A stretch of 64,000 bases of DNA from the IMG/VR virus record IMGVR_UViG_3300014167_000003, positions 9,998 to 73,997 of that record; one strand, 5' to 3'. Origin of the DNA: a virus. Its lineage: Duplodnaviria > Caudoviricetes. Shown here in pieces: positions 1-7,799 of the stretch (positions are counted from its first letter, which is position 1; each line of letters starts with the position of its first letter). Position numbers and translations under genes: made by a program. The notes under the pieces are model-generated. The model did no database searches. It had not been told where the DNA came from and worked only from the letters and a program-made list of their open reading frames with translations.

Positions 1-186
1 GGGCGCGGGCACGCGCTCTATGTCCACATCACCGCGCACGACAACCACTGGACCGTGGCGCTTAATGAGAGCAAGGCGTTCGTGACGTTCACGCAGGACC
101 GGCTCCGCGCCACGAACAGCTACACGCACGGGCGCGGCATCGACGACGCCAGGATGCGGGAGATCATTAAGCCTCGATCTCGATGA
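1..186 (+). CDS. Partial hypothetical protein (5' end outside window)
   Basis: Frame 1 open from base 1 to TGA 184-186 (GRGHALYVHITAHDNHW...), converging on the - strand cluster. Confidence 0.55.
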   Translation, partial: GRGHALYVHITAHDNHWTVALNESKAFVTFTQDRLRATNSYTHGRGIDDARMREIIKPRSR

Positions 187-514
187 CGCGCACGCCTGCG
201 GCGCGCGCCTTCTTGACCATGTCGGCGGTGCCGTTCTCGCCCGGGAAGGCCACGACGACGTCCGGCCTCCATTCGAGCATGCGGCTGTTGCGGCGTGGGC
301 CGGCGCCAAGGCCGTACTTCTTCCATTCGGCGCGACAGATGTAGCGCGTGATCTCAGGCTTGGTCGCCGCCCACTCGCTCGCGAAGGTGTCGATGAACTT
401 GGCGCCGCCGTGGATCATGTGCGTGAAGTGCAGCTCGGCGTGGAGCCGGTCGAGATGCGTCCAGACCATCGCCGGGCTACCGAACCTATGGCTCCCGCAG
501 ACGAGGAGCCTCAC
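167..514 (-). CDS. SLOG-family (YspA/DUF2493-like) protein
   Basis: GTG start overlapping upstream TGA; RLLVCGSHRF, IHGGAK, AGPRRNSRML, VVAFPGENGTADMV motifs typical of YspA-like SLOG. Confidence 0.8.
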   Translation of the reverse strand: MRLLVCGSHRFGSPAMVWTHLDRLHAELHFTHMIHGGAKFIDTFASEWAATKPEITRYICRAEWKKYGLGAGPRRNSRMLEWRPDVVVAFPGENGTADMVKKARAAGVRVIEIEA

Positions 515-903
515 GCCTTGCTCCAGGCGATCAGGTTGACCTTGTGGTGCTCGATCAGCGCCCAGATCTTCGGCGCCCGCGCCTGAAGCTCCGCGAGGCC
601 CGTGCCGATCCCGTCCGCCGGCCAGACCACTTCGTTGCCGGATCTGATGTGGTTGAGCAGCCGGGTGAACCGCGCATCGATCAGCAGGCGGACCTTTTCG
701 AGATCCTCGTTCTTGAAGAACGCGTCCTCGCGCATGTGCGGCGCCCACTTCGTCGGGATGCCGACCGCGTTCGGCTCGCCGCGCATCTCCTTGGCCTGGC
801 CGCCGCGCCCGATGCCGGCGTAGTTGTCGCCGAAGACAAAGAGCGTGGCCGGGTTGGCGCGGAGCATCGCGCGGGTGATGTGCTTCTCAATGCGGAAGGT
901 CAC
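511..903 (-). CDS. Conserved phage protein with FVFGDN...GGQA motif (possibly macrodomain-like)
   Basis: GTGA-coupled start; LFVFGDN-x4-GRGGQAKEMRGEPNAVGIPTK and DGIGTGLA motifs. Confidence 0.7.
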   Translation of the reverse strand: MTFRIEKHITRAMLRANPATLFVFGDNYAGIGRGGQAKEMRGEPNAVGIPTKWAPHMREDAFFKNEDLEKVRLLIDARFTRLLNHIRSGNEVVWPADGIGTGLAELQARAPKIWALIEHHKVNLIAWSKA

Positions 904-1157
904 GGCACCTTCCTCAAGTTCTGCGCCGAGTAGATGTGCAGGAAGCCGGGCTCGTGCTCGACCACGTACCGGATCACGTTCTTGCTCGTCTTCGCCCAGC
1001 CGATCACGGTGCCTTCGAGCTGGTAGTCGCCCGTGTACTTCTCCACCCGGTCGCCAGGGAAGAATTGGACTGTCAGATCCGGGCTGCAGCGCGACATGCA
1101 GGCATTGGTGTGCTCGCACGCGCGCGGAGACTTGCAGGTCGGCGGCGGGAAGGTCAT
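900..1157 (-). CDS. Hypothetical protein, SH3-like C-terminus
   Basis: ATGA overlap with upstream gene; FFPGDRVEKYTGDYQLEGTVIG beta-rich motif. Confidence 0.6.
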   Translation of the reverse strand: MTFPPPTCKSPRACEHTNACMSRCSPDLTVQFFPGDRVEKYTGDYQLEGTVIGWAKTSKNVIRYVVEHEPGFLHIYSAQNLRKVP

Positions 1158-1354
1158 TGAGGCAATTCCTGCGTCCACTCGTGCCCGCAATTCGGACAAC
1201 GACGAGTTACGATGTCGCCGCCAGGATACCCGTCTTCCTGCTCGCCGACTTCGCGCGCATCGGGATGCAGGACAAGCGCGCCCTTAGTCGCGCCGGGCGA
1301 CCATGGGTGTTCGGCCGTGCAGATGAACGGGTTGCTGAAGTCGGGTTTGCTCAT
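1154..1354 (-). CDS. Small Cys/His protein (zinc-ribbon-like)
   Basis: Coupled ORF; CPNCG motif. Confidence 0.65.
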   Translation of the reverse strand: MSKPDFSNPFICTAEHPWSPGATKGALVLHPDAREVGEQEDGYPGGDIVTRRCPNCGHEWTQELPQ

Positions 1355-1605
1355 GTTGCCGGCCCTTCGCAGAAGCCCATGACACCGTAGCCGTCGATGG
1401 TGACGATGTGCACGTCCTTCCAGCCGATGCGGTCGTCGTCGCCACCATTGGGTGTGACGCCGACCTGATCGTCGGTGAAGCCGTCCATGGTTGGCCAGTT
1501 GCGCAGCTCGTGCCGCAGGTGCGCAATGAGGCCGGCCCGGCCGTCGACCTCGACCATCTCGGCCAATGAGTCCCAGACGAGACCCTTGTGCGGGCGGTAC
1601 TTCAC
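1351..1605 (-). CDS. Hypothetical phage protein
   Basis: Coupled start/stop overlaps with both neighbours. Confidence 0.65.
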   Translation of the reverse strand: MKYRPHKGLVWDSLAEMVEVDGRAGLIAHLRHELRNWPTMDGFTDDQVGVTPNGGDDDRIGWKDVHIVTIDGYGVMGFCEGPAT

Positions 1606-1901
1606 TTCGGCTCCTCCAGCTGCTTCTTCGGCTCCTCCTTCATGATCGACGGCGGCGCGTCGGCCTCGAACTCGTCGAGCGCCTGGTCCAGATCGGCCTT
1701 GTACTGCTCGCGACGTCGGGCATTGACCAGATAGGAGTCGTATTCATGGTTTTTTGCCGCCCGATCCTCATCGATCTGCTCGCGCGCGTCGGCGTCGGCC
1801 GCCCGCCGCTCGCCCTTCCAGAACTCGCGCTTGCCATATGGCCGCAGGTGCGTCCACCATTCGCCCGCGCGCGTCAGAATGCCCTTCTTAACCGTGGCCA
1901 T
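1602..1901 (-). CDS. Hypothetical phage protein
   Basis: GGAGGAG RBS upstream; coupled to downstream ORF. Confidence 0.65.
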   Translation of the reverse strand: MATVKKGILTRAGEWWTHLRPYGKREFWKGERRAADADAREQIDEDRAAKNHEYDSYLVNARRREQYKADLDQALDEFEADAPPSIMKEEPKKQLEEPK

Positions 1902-1952
1902 GTATTTCTCCTCCAGTAACCGCTGCAGCGCACGCGCTCGCCCACATGAACA

Positions 1953-2219
1953 TCACGCCTCTCCCATCACGTTCTCGCCACGGATCAGGAAGAAGTGCTG
2001 CCGCTGCGTCGGGTCGTCGGGACACGGCCGGCTCTGGGCGCCGCCGACGAAGATGATGTCGCCCTTGTCGACGATGCGCCACGCCCTCGGGCCCGGCATC
2101 GCCACGTTGGCCATGGCAACGACCGCCGCGCGCGGCATCGCGTTCGGCGCGCACACCGTGCAGGAGAGCCCGTCATCCTGGCAGACGACGGCGACGCCGA
2201 GGTTGGCGTGTCCGGTCAT
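1953..2219 (-). CDS. Hypothetical Cys-containing protein
   Basis: ATGA overlap with upstream membrane ORF. Confidence 0.6.
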   Translation of the reverse strand: MTGHANLGVAVVCQDDGLSCTVCAPNAMPRAAVVAMANVAMPGPRAWRIVDKGDIIFVGGAQSRPCPDDPTQRQHFFLIRGENVMGEA

Positions 2220-2338
2220 TTCTGCCGCTTCATGTTGTTGCCCGGCCACCGATCCGTCTCGTCCTCGACATGGTTGGCGACCACCGCCGCCGCTACCGCC
2301 AGCCCGTAAACCATCAGAAGCGCAAAAATCAGCGTCAT
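2216..2338 (-). CDS. 40-aa membrane peptide (not in ORF track)
   Basis: MTLIFALLMVYGLAVAAAVVANH...; TGATG and ATGA coupling at both ends. Confidence 0.6.
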   Translation of the reverse strand: MTLIFALLMVYGLAVAAAVVANHVEDETDRWPGNNMKRQK

Positions 2339-2646
2339 CACTCCCCCTTCATCACCTCCTGTGCTGGCTGCGAGAGGGCGCGGCGCGCAATCTCACGAAG
2401 CTCAGATGCAGTATCCTCGCTGTCCGGGTATTGGTCTGTATCGGCGATCTCGCGAAGCGCAGCTTCCATTGTCTGCGCCTTCACGTCCCCGCGCTCGGGG
2501 AGGGTGGCGTAGAGTGGCTCAATCACGATGCTCGATGGATCATGAAACGGCGGCGGCTTGTCGTTGTACGACCACAAAAACGGATCATCCGTATAGGGCC
2601 AACGCCAACGATATGCCACGGGCCGCCCCAGATTCGCTAGGCTCAT
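2338..2646 (-). CDS. Hypothetical phage protein
   Basis: Coupled ORF starting MSLANL. Confidence 0.65.
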   Translation of the reverse strand: MSLANLGRPVAYRWRWPYTDDPFLWSYNDKPPPFHDPSSIVIEPLYATLPERGDVKAQTMEAALREIADTDQYPDSEDTASELREIARRALSQPAQEVMKGE

Positions 2647-3173
2647 CGCTCCGCTCCCACCAAAAAGTTGACGATCTCATCCGCCGTATGATCGCGCCCG
2701 CTGCTCTGGCCAGACAGCTGGACCCAGCCGCCGCCGCTCATGCTCGGCGGCCACAGCGTGAACCCGACCGTGGAGCTATATCGGATCAGCGTGGCGATGC
2801 CCTCGGCGCCGCGCCGGTTGAGGTAGGCGCGCAGGCCGGGATCGCGGTGCGCGTCGGGGTATTTCGGGTCGACCCACACCTGCACCACCGGAACCCTTCG
2901 CACCTCGCCGGTCTCGTCGTCACGCGCCTCAACGTAGTCCATCATCATGTCGACGACCACATGAGATCGATCCGGCCGCGCGAGATCGGCGGCGTCGTCG
3001 TCAACCAGCCAGCGACACGACCAAGCGCCGCACTCCACCGGAAAGCCGGCGCCACGGTAGACGGTGCAGCCGACCTTGAACTTCTGGTGCCGGCAGCGCT
3101 CGCCAGCCTCCTTCGCGAGTGCGCGCACGGGCAGAAGACGGCAGCATAGCTGGCAATCGCCGCAGGACCTCAT
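2643..3173 (-). CDS. YkgJ-like cysteine-cluster (Zn/Fe-binding) protein
   Basis: CGDCQLCC...C...GCTVY...C..WSC.W pattern. Confidence 0.75.
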   Translation of the reverse strand: MRSCGDCQLCCRLLPVRALAKEAGERCRHQKFKVGCTVYRGAGFPVECGAWSCRWLVDDDAADLARPDRSHVVVDMMMDYVEARDDETGEVRRVPVVQVWVDPKYPDAHRDPGLRAYLNRRGAEGIATLIRYSSTVGFTLWPPSMSGGGWVQLSGQSSGRDHTADEIVNFLVGAER

Positions 3174-3457
3174 TGCTCCGCTCCCACCTTCACATCGACC
3201 ACCGCGACCGCGCAGCCCGGCGTCGCGTCCCACTCAACAAAGTACATGAACCGGTGCCCGGCGCGCTCCGCGTCCATCATGCCGAGCGCCTGCATGTCGA
3301 TGGAGCCGAGCACCCGGCCACGGTCGCCGTTCGGCCGGGTGTCGCCCTTCTCGCTATTTCTCTTGCGGACCACGGCGCCGTTCGGGATCGCGCCCTCGGC
3401 CTCGTCGCGCGAGAACGCGCCGATGTAGCCAGGGTGGTTGGCGATGACAGGCTTCAT
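3170..3457 (-). CDS. Hypothetical phage protein
   Basis: Coupled ORF MKPVIANHPG...YFVEWD. Confidence 0.6.
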   Translation of the reverse strand: MKPVIANHPGYIGAFSRDEAEGAIPNGAVVRKRNSEKGDTRPNGDRGRVLGSIDMQALGMMDAERAGHRFMYFVEWDATPGCAVAVVDVKVGAEQ

Positions 3458-3651
3458 CTCGTCCCCCAGGTAAACACGACAGAAGAGTTCCCGTACCGGA
3501 GCCCGTCCTGGCGGCAATGAAAGCACCGCACGAACTCGACCAGGAGCGCCGGCCGGTCGCGGACCATGCCGCCCGCGTGCACGTCGATCCGCCCGGTCGG
3601 GTGCCACTCATGGCGCCACGGACCCAGATCATGGAGCGGCGCACAGAGCAT
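3454..3651 (-). CDS. Hypothetical protein with CxxC
   Basis: TGATG coupling; CFHC motif. Confidence 0.5.
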   Translation of the reverse strand: MLCAPLHDLGPWRHEWHPTGRIDVHAGGMVRDRPALLVEFVRCFHCRQDGLRYGNSSVVFTWGTR

Positions 3652-3893
3652 CACCTCGTCCTCAACATCAGCCTGGCCATCGCCTCCCGCATCACCGGCA
3701 ACCCAGCCTTCCAGCACTCCTCGTCGGCATCGCCGCACCAGCCCGTCGCGCAGTGCGCGGCGTTGAACACCGCGTAGAGCGTCTCGGCCGCCTCTGCGTT
3801 AACTCGCTCACGTTCGAGCGGCGAGAGACGTTCAAAGGCATCGGTCACCATCGGCTCCGTCCCGCAATACTCATCCAGGTTCGCGAGGCTCAT
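3651..3893 (-). CDS. Hypothetical phage protein, first of the - strand accessory run
   Basis: GGAGG RBS upstream; starts MSLANL. Confidence 0.65.
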   Translation of the reverse strand: MSLANLDEYCGTEPMVTDAFERLSPLERERVNAEAAETLYAVFNAAHCATGWCGDADEECWKAGLPVMREAMARLMLRTR

Positions 3894-4025
3894 GACATCC
3901 TCCGTGTGAATGAAAAGAGGGACCCGCAGGCACGAACACGGGCCCCCCTGGCGCCGCCCCAGTCCTGCATCACTACAGGACCACCCTCACCGACCATAGG
4001 GTGTGAGCGAGGAAAGCAAACGGCG

Positions 4026-4143
4026 CCAGATGGGACCCTACCAAAGCCGATGGCGTGTTTACAGATGCGGGTGTCGCGACGGGAACATGGGACCCAAAAA
4101 TTTTGCGGATGGGACCCATATGAAAATTTCCCAGATGGGACCC
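4026..4143. repeat. Four direct copies of ATGGGACCC in non-coding DNA next to terS (candidate pac/terminus region)
   Basis: Copies at 4030, 4087, 4109, 4135; CCAGATGGGACCC at 4026 and 4131; A/T tracts between. Confidence 0.85.
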
Positions 4144-4266
4144 AAGGGAGGGCGGGCTTTAAACCAAAAATTCACCGCCGTCGCCGCGCCTGCGGCCCCC
4201 GCCCGGGTAGTACGGCTCCCCTCCCGGCGGCCCGAGGCGGCCCTGGGTGGGTGGGCCGCCCTGGCG

Positions 4267-4278
4267 TAAGCCCTTGAT
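4267..4278. promoter_or_regulatory. IHF-like site
   Basis: TAAGCCCTTGAT matches YAA-N4-TTGAT (reverse of WATCAA-N4-TTR). Confidence 0.4.
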
Positions 4279-4324
4279 GTGCCGGCGCTATCGGTGGGTC
4301 GACAGATCCAAACGGACGAATGGA

Positions 4325-4864
4325 TCAGTTGAGCGTGTCACCAGGGCCGCGCTCAGGCATCGGCTCAGCAACGGCAGGCAGCTCGGCCTGCTTCGCCTCG
4401 GCCTCCTCGGCCTTGGCGAGCGTCGCAGCCAGGGCAGCAGCCGCGTCCTCGCCCAGCTCGGCCCGCACCTTGGCGAGCACCTCTTCCGTGGTCTGCAGCT
4501 GCGCGAACTCTCCAGGCGCGCCCGTCTCCTTGCGGTCGACGAGGAGCCCGACAAGTCGAGCAGCCAGTTGCGTCGCCTGGATGGCCGCGCTCGTCTGTCC
4601 CAAGTCGCGCGCCAGCTTGCGGTCGTCGGCCAGATCCTGGAGCAAACTCTCAACCGTGATGCGTGTCCTGGTGCTCATCTGTCGCCTGATCTCCTGGATG
4701 CGGCGTTGCACTTCAGCATGCCTCAGCAGCCTGCTGGCATTCACCTCAAGGGCGCGTTGGGTTGTCGTGTTGTAGCCGGCCTCGGCGTAAGCTCTTGTCG
4801 CGTTCTGGTGTTTGACCCAGTTGCGGACGAACTTCTCGTGGCGGATGTTTTGCATCGCGGGCAT
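4325..4864 (-). CDS. terS: Terminase small subunit
   Basis: RHEKFV....NATRAYAEAGY....ASRLL....V...I HTH signature followed by ITVESLL.DL. Confidence 0.85.
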   Translation of the reverse strand: MPAMQNIRHEKFVRNWVKHQNATRAYAEAGYNTTTQRALEVNASRLLRHAEVQRRIQEIRRQMSTRTRITVESLLQDLADDRKLARDLGQTSAAIQATQLAARLVGLLVDRKETGAPGEFAQLQTTEEVLAKVRAELGEDAAAALAATLAKAEEAEAKQAELPAVAEPMPERGPGDTLN

Positions 4865-4905
4865 GGCGAGCACGCTACCACGCGCTGCGCGCTTTGCTCA
4901 AGGTG

Positions 4906-4919
4906 TGAGGCAGGGCTCA
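4906..4919. promoter_or_regulatory. Late-gene dyad upstream of terS
   Basis: TGAGG-CAGG-GCTCA. Confidence 0.65.
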
Positions 4920-5186
4920 GAGGTAGAGCCAGCAGGTGTAGGCGAGGAGGAAGGTGATGGTGATGAGCCAGCACACCGCTTCGCGGTGCAGCTCCTCATC
5001 GGTGCGTGGGCCGCAGGTCATGTGTGGGATCTCATGTCGTCTGAGCCGCGCGCGAGGAGAGCGATGCGCAAAACGCTTGTCAAGCCCACCAGGTACCGCG
5101 CTGATCGCGCTGTTCTTCTTATGTCCCATTCGTTCGTGTGCAAACAATGCGGGCGTTTCACTCGTTGCCGACGCAACCAATTAATT

Positions 5187-5200
5187 TGAGGACGGCCTCA
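5187..5200. promoter_or_regulatory. TGAGG-N4-CCTCA dyad in divergent intergenic region
   Basis: TGAGG-ACGG-CCTCA. Confidence 0.7.
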
Positions 5201-5243
5201 TTTCTTGCTGTTAACACGCGCCGAATATGGTAGTCTTTGCCAT

Positions 5244-5260
5244 GCCCAGATGGCCTGGGC
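5244..5260 (+). promoter_or_regulatory. Hairpin with ATGGC loop, copy 1
   Basis: GCCCAG-ATGGC-CTGGGC, upstream of ATG 5279. Confidence 0.7.
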
Positions 5261-5278
5261 GATACCTGGGAGAACACC

Positions 5279-5422
5279 ATGCGCAAACAATTCGTCGAGT
5301 GCTCCAGCCGCAAGCAGGCCGAGAAGGCGTGCCCGTGGGCAGAGAAGGTCGTCAAAGTCGAAGGCGGTTATTGGTGTTTTGAGAGCATCTCCGAGTGTGA
5401 AAGTTGGAAGAAGCAGAAGTAG
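5279..5422 (+). CDS. Small hypothetical protein
   Basis: GGAG RBS; MRKQFVECSSRKQAEKACPWA... Confidence 0.65.
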   Translation: MRKQFVECSSRKQAEKACPWAEKVVKVEGGYWCFESISECESWKKQK

Positions 5423-5433
5423 CGGCACCACAC

Positions 5434-5452
5434 GCCGATGATGGCCATCGGC
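5434..5452 (+). promoter_or_regulatory. Hairpin with ATGGC loop, copy 2
   Basis: GCCGATG-ATGGC-CATCGGC, upstream of ATG 5476. Confidence 0.7.
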
Positions 5453-5475
5453 AATTCAAACCTGAGAGGAACACC

Positions 5476-5688
5476 ATGTCGAAGATCACATCAGAGCCGG
5501 TTGCGGACGACCGCGTCATCGTTGGCGCCTCAGACGCCGTGTATGCCGAGTACAGCGCGCGCGCCGAGGAGCCGTTCACCGTCGCATACGCGTTCAACGA
5601 CGAGATCTATTCGGTTGAGGGCTACAACAGCCGCACTGCCGCTCTCGCCGCCGCAAAGGCCGCCGGCACGCGCGTGGAGGTGCTTTAA
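5476..5688 (+). CDS. Hypothetical protein
   Basis: GAGG RBS; TAATG coupling to recombinase. Confidence 0.65.
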   Translation: MSKITSEPVADDRVIVGASDAVYAEYSARAEEPFTVAYAFNDEIYSVEGYNSRTAALAAAKAAGTRVEVL

Positions 5689-6359
5689 TGCAGACCCTCG
5701 TCGCATACTACCGCGTCAGCACGCAGAAGCAGGGCCGCTCTGGCCTCGGCCTCGATGCACAGAAGGAGGCCGTGCTCCGCTTCGCCGAGCAGCACCGTTT
5801 GGCCATCTCGCACACGTTCATCGAGATCGAGACCGGCAAGGGCGCCGATGCATTGCACCAGCGTCCAGAATTGTCCAAGGCGCTCGATGCCGCGCGTGAG
5901 CACGGCGCCAAGATCGCCGTCGCCAAGCTCGACCGGCTCTCGCGTGATGTCCACTTCATCTCCGGCCTGATGGCGCAGCGCGTGCCGTTCGTCGTCACCG
6001 AACTCGGGCCCGACGTCGATCCCTTCATGCTCCACATCTACGCGGCGGTGGCGCAGAAGGAGGCGGCGCTCATCTCACAACGCACACGCGCGGCATTGCG
6101 GGCCGCCAAGAAGCGCGGCGTCAAGCTCGGCAACCCGAACCTCGCCGCCGCCAATAGGGCCGCCGGTGAGGCCAAGAGCGCCGTGGCGACGGCATTCGCG
6201 AAGAGCGTCAAGCCGTACATCGAACTCATCCAGGCGAAGGGCGTCACCTCGAACCGCGCCATTGCCGCCGAATTGAACCGGCTCAAGGTATCATCCGCGA
6301 CCGGCGCCGCGTGGTCCGACGTGCAGGTCGGCCGCGTCCTCAAACGGCTGGAGGCGTGA
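5688..6359 (+). CDS. Serine recombinase (resolvase/invertase family)
   Basis: YYRVSTQKQ catalytic Ser motif, AKLDRLSR, ISQRTRAAL; C-terminal HTH-like segment. Confidence 0.92.
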   Translation: MQTLVAYYRVSTQKQGRSGLGLDAQKEAVLRFAEQHRLAISHTFIEIETGKGADALHQRPELSKALDAAREHGAKIAVAKLDRLSRDVHFISGLMAQRVPFVVTELGPDVDPFMLHIYAAVAQKEAALISQRTRAALRAAKKRGVKLGNPNLAAANRAAGEAKSAVATAFAKSVKPYIELIQAKGVTSNRAIAAELNRLKVSSATGAAWSDVQVGRVLKRLEA

Positions 6360-6361
6360 AC

Positions 6362-6568
6362 ATGTCAACGTGGCACCAGGACAAGGCCAAGACGCAGCTG
6401 TGGCACGCGACGGAGTGGACCGTGGTGATCGATCCGCCGCATCAGCTGCGCGCCATCTACCGCACCAGCAGCAAGGCCCTCGCCGACGTCTACCTGCGCG
6501 GGCTCAGGGAGAACAACCCGGGCGCCGCCGCGCACGCGTACATTCTGCCACCACAGAAGGAGGCGTGA
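6362..6568 (+). CDS. Hypothetical protein
   Basis: GGAGGCGTGAACATG junction. Confidence 0.65.
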   Translation: MSTWHQDKAKTQLWHATEWTVVIDPPHQLRAIYRTSSKALADVYLRGLRENNPGAAAHAYILPPQKEA

Positions 6569-6570
6569 AC

Positions 6571-6873
6571 ATGGCGTGGTTCTCAACATCATCCGGCCGC
6601 ATCGAGATCGAGATCACCCTCGATCAGGCGCGTACCGGCTACCATCAGGGCCAATGCGACGAGGACGTGCTCTTCCTCTCGCGTGAGCCCGAGATCGCGT
6701 CCCAGCTCGCCGCTATCGATCCGGCGCTCCTTGCCGGCGAATTGCGCGAGTACGGCGCCTGGGACGACAAGGACCTTGCCGACCACGATCAAAACCTGCA
6801 GCGCATCCTCTGGCTCGCCTGCGGCGACATCTTCGACCACCAATTTGACGATGAGGCCGAAACCGGCGCGTGA
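6571..6873 (+). CDS. Hypothetical acidic phage protein
   Basis: Identical GGAGGCGTGAACATG junction. Confidence 0.7.
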   Translation: MAWFSTSSGRIEIEITLDQARTGYHQGQCDEDVLFLSREPEIASQLAAIDPALLAGELREYGAWDDKDLADHDQNLQRILWLACGDIFDHQFDDEAETGA

Positions 6874-6899
6874 GCGCCGGTCGCACCGTGATGCGGTGC

Positions 6900-6916
6900 C
6901 TGACGATGGCCGTCAG
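6900..6916 (+). promoter_or_regulatory. Hairpin with ATGGC loop, copy 3
   Basis: CTGACG-ATGGC-CGTCAG, preceded by GCACCG-TGATG-CGGTGC hairpin at 6883-6899. Confidence 0.7.
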
Positions 6917-6939
6917 CAACACGAACCTGAGAGGTTAAC

Positions 6940-7425
6940 ATGTCCGCCTACATTGTTTCCCACGACCACATCGACGGGCTCCTATCGTTCGCCCTCGATC
7001 AGGTGAGCTACTACGTGCCCACCATTGACCGGCGCATCGAGATCACGCTCGACAATGCCGAGGAGATCGGCCGCATCCTCCTCACCGAGAATGAGCGGAG
7101 CGTCTATTTCCGCTACCGCGATCTCAATGCGAGCAAGCCGGGTCTGAGCAAGCCCGGCACCGATGGCCAGGATGCGGAGAACTACTCATTCCGCCCGTGG
7201 CCATTGAGCCGGCGCCCGCAGCCTATTGAGATCCTCAAGGCATGCGAGTGCTTCGACTACCAGGCCTGCGAGACCGACGACTACGAACAGAGTATCGCCT
7301 GGCGGATCATCGACGCGATCCGGCATGGCGCCATTCGCAAATTGCCCGGGTATGAGAACGCCGATGGGTGGGAGCTGCGCCGCCCGACGTCGAAGGTCAC
7401 GCACAAGGTCGGAGGCGGCCGATGA
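6940..7425 (+). CDS. Conserved hypothetical phage protein
   Basis: MSAYIVS..HID, ENERSV..RY, LKAC.CFDYQACE, LPGYE pattern. Confidence 0.75.
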   Translation: MSAYIVSHDHIDGLLSFALDQVSYYVPTIDRRIEITLDNAEEIGRILLTENERSVYFRYRDLNASKPGLSKPGTDGQDAENYSFRPWPLSRRPQPIEILKACECFDYQACETDDYEQSIAWRIIDAIRHGAIRKLPGYENADGWELRRPTSKVTHKVGGGR

Positions 7426-7688
7426 GCAAGACCATCACCATCCATTGGGACGACGCAGCGTCGTACAACCGCTTCAAGGTGGCTCTCGACGTCCAGAACG
7501 CTGGCAACCTGCGCGCCCTGGCGCGTGAGTTCGTCAAGGTCGTCGACAGCGCCGAGGAGGCCACGCGGTCCACCAAGGGCACATGGGACGACGCCGCCGT
7601 CGTTCTCTTCGTCAATAAGTTCGAGAGCCTCTGCCGCAGCGACGCGCGGTTCTCGACCGCCTACGCGATCTGCCAGGAGAAAGCTTGA
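7422..7688 (+). CDS. Hypothetical protein
   Basis: GGAGG RBS, ATGA overlap. Confidence 0.65.
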   Translation: MSKTITIHWDDAASYNRFKVALDVQNAGNLRALAREFVKVVDSAEEATRSTKGTWDDAAVVLFVNKFESLCRSDARFSTAYAICQEKA

Positions 7689-7695
7689 TCCTGGT

Positions 7696-7723
7696 GGGCC
7701 CGAGGGTTGGCGCCCTCGGGCCC
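7696..7723 (+). terminator. GC-rich hairpin, probable terminator
   Basis: GGGCCCGAGGG-TTGGCG-CCCTCGGGCCC; only weak U tract (TGTT). Confidence 0.6.
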
Positions 7724-7799
7724 TGTTACTGCCGGCGGGCACCCGCGCCTGAGAGGCCACGAGGCCTGATACAGCAACACCGAACAATAGGAGCAATAG

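Noticed and set aside
4003-4269. 88-aa + strand ORF over the ATGGGACCC repeats
   Set aside because: Its MGP repeats simply mirror the DNA repeat; no motif support.
6844-6863. Hammerhead-like TGACGA...GAAAC
   Set aside because: No CUGANGA core, no stem II, and it lies in coding sequence.
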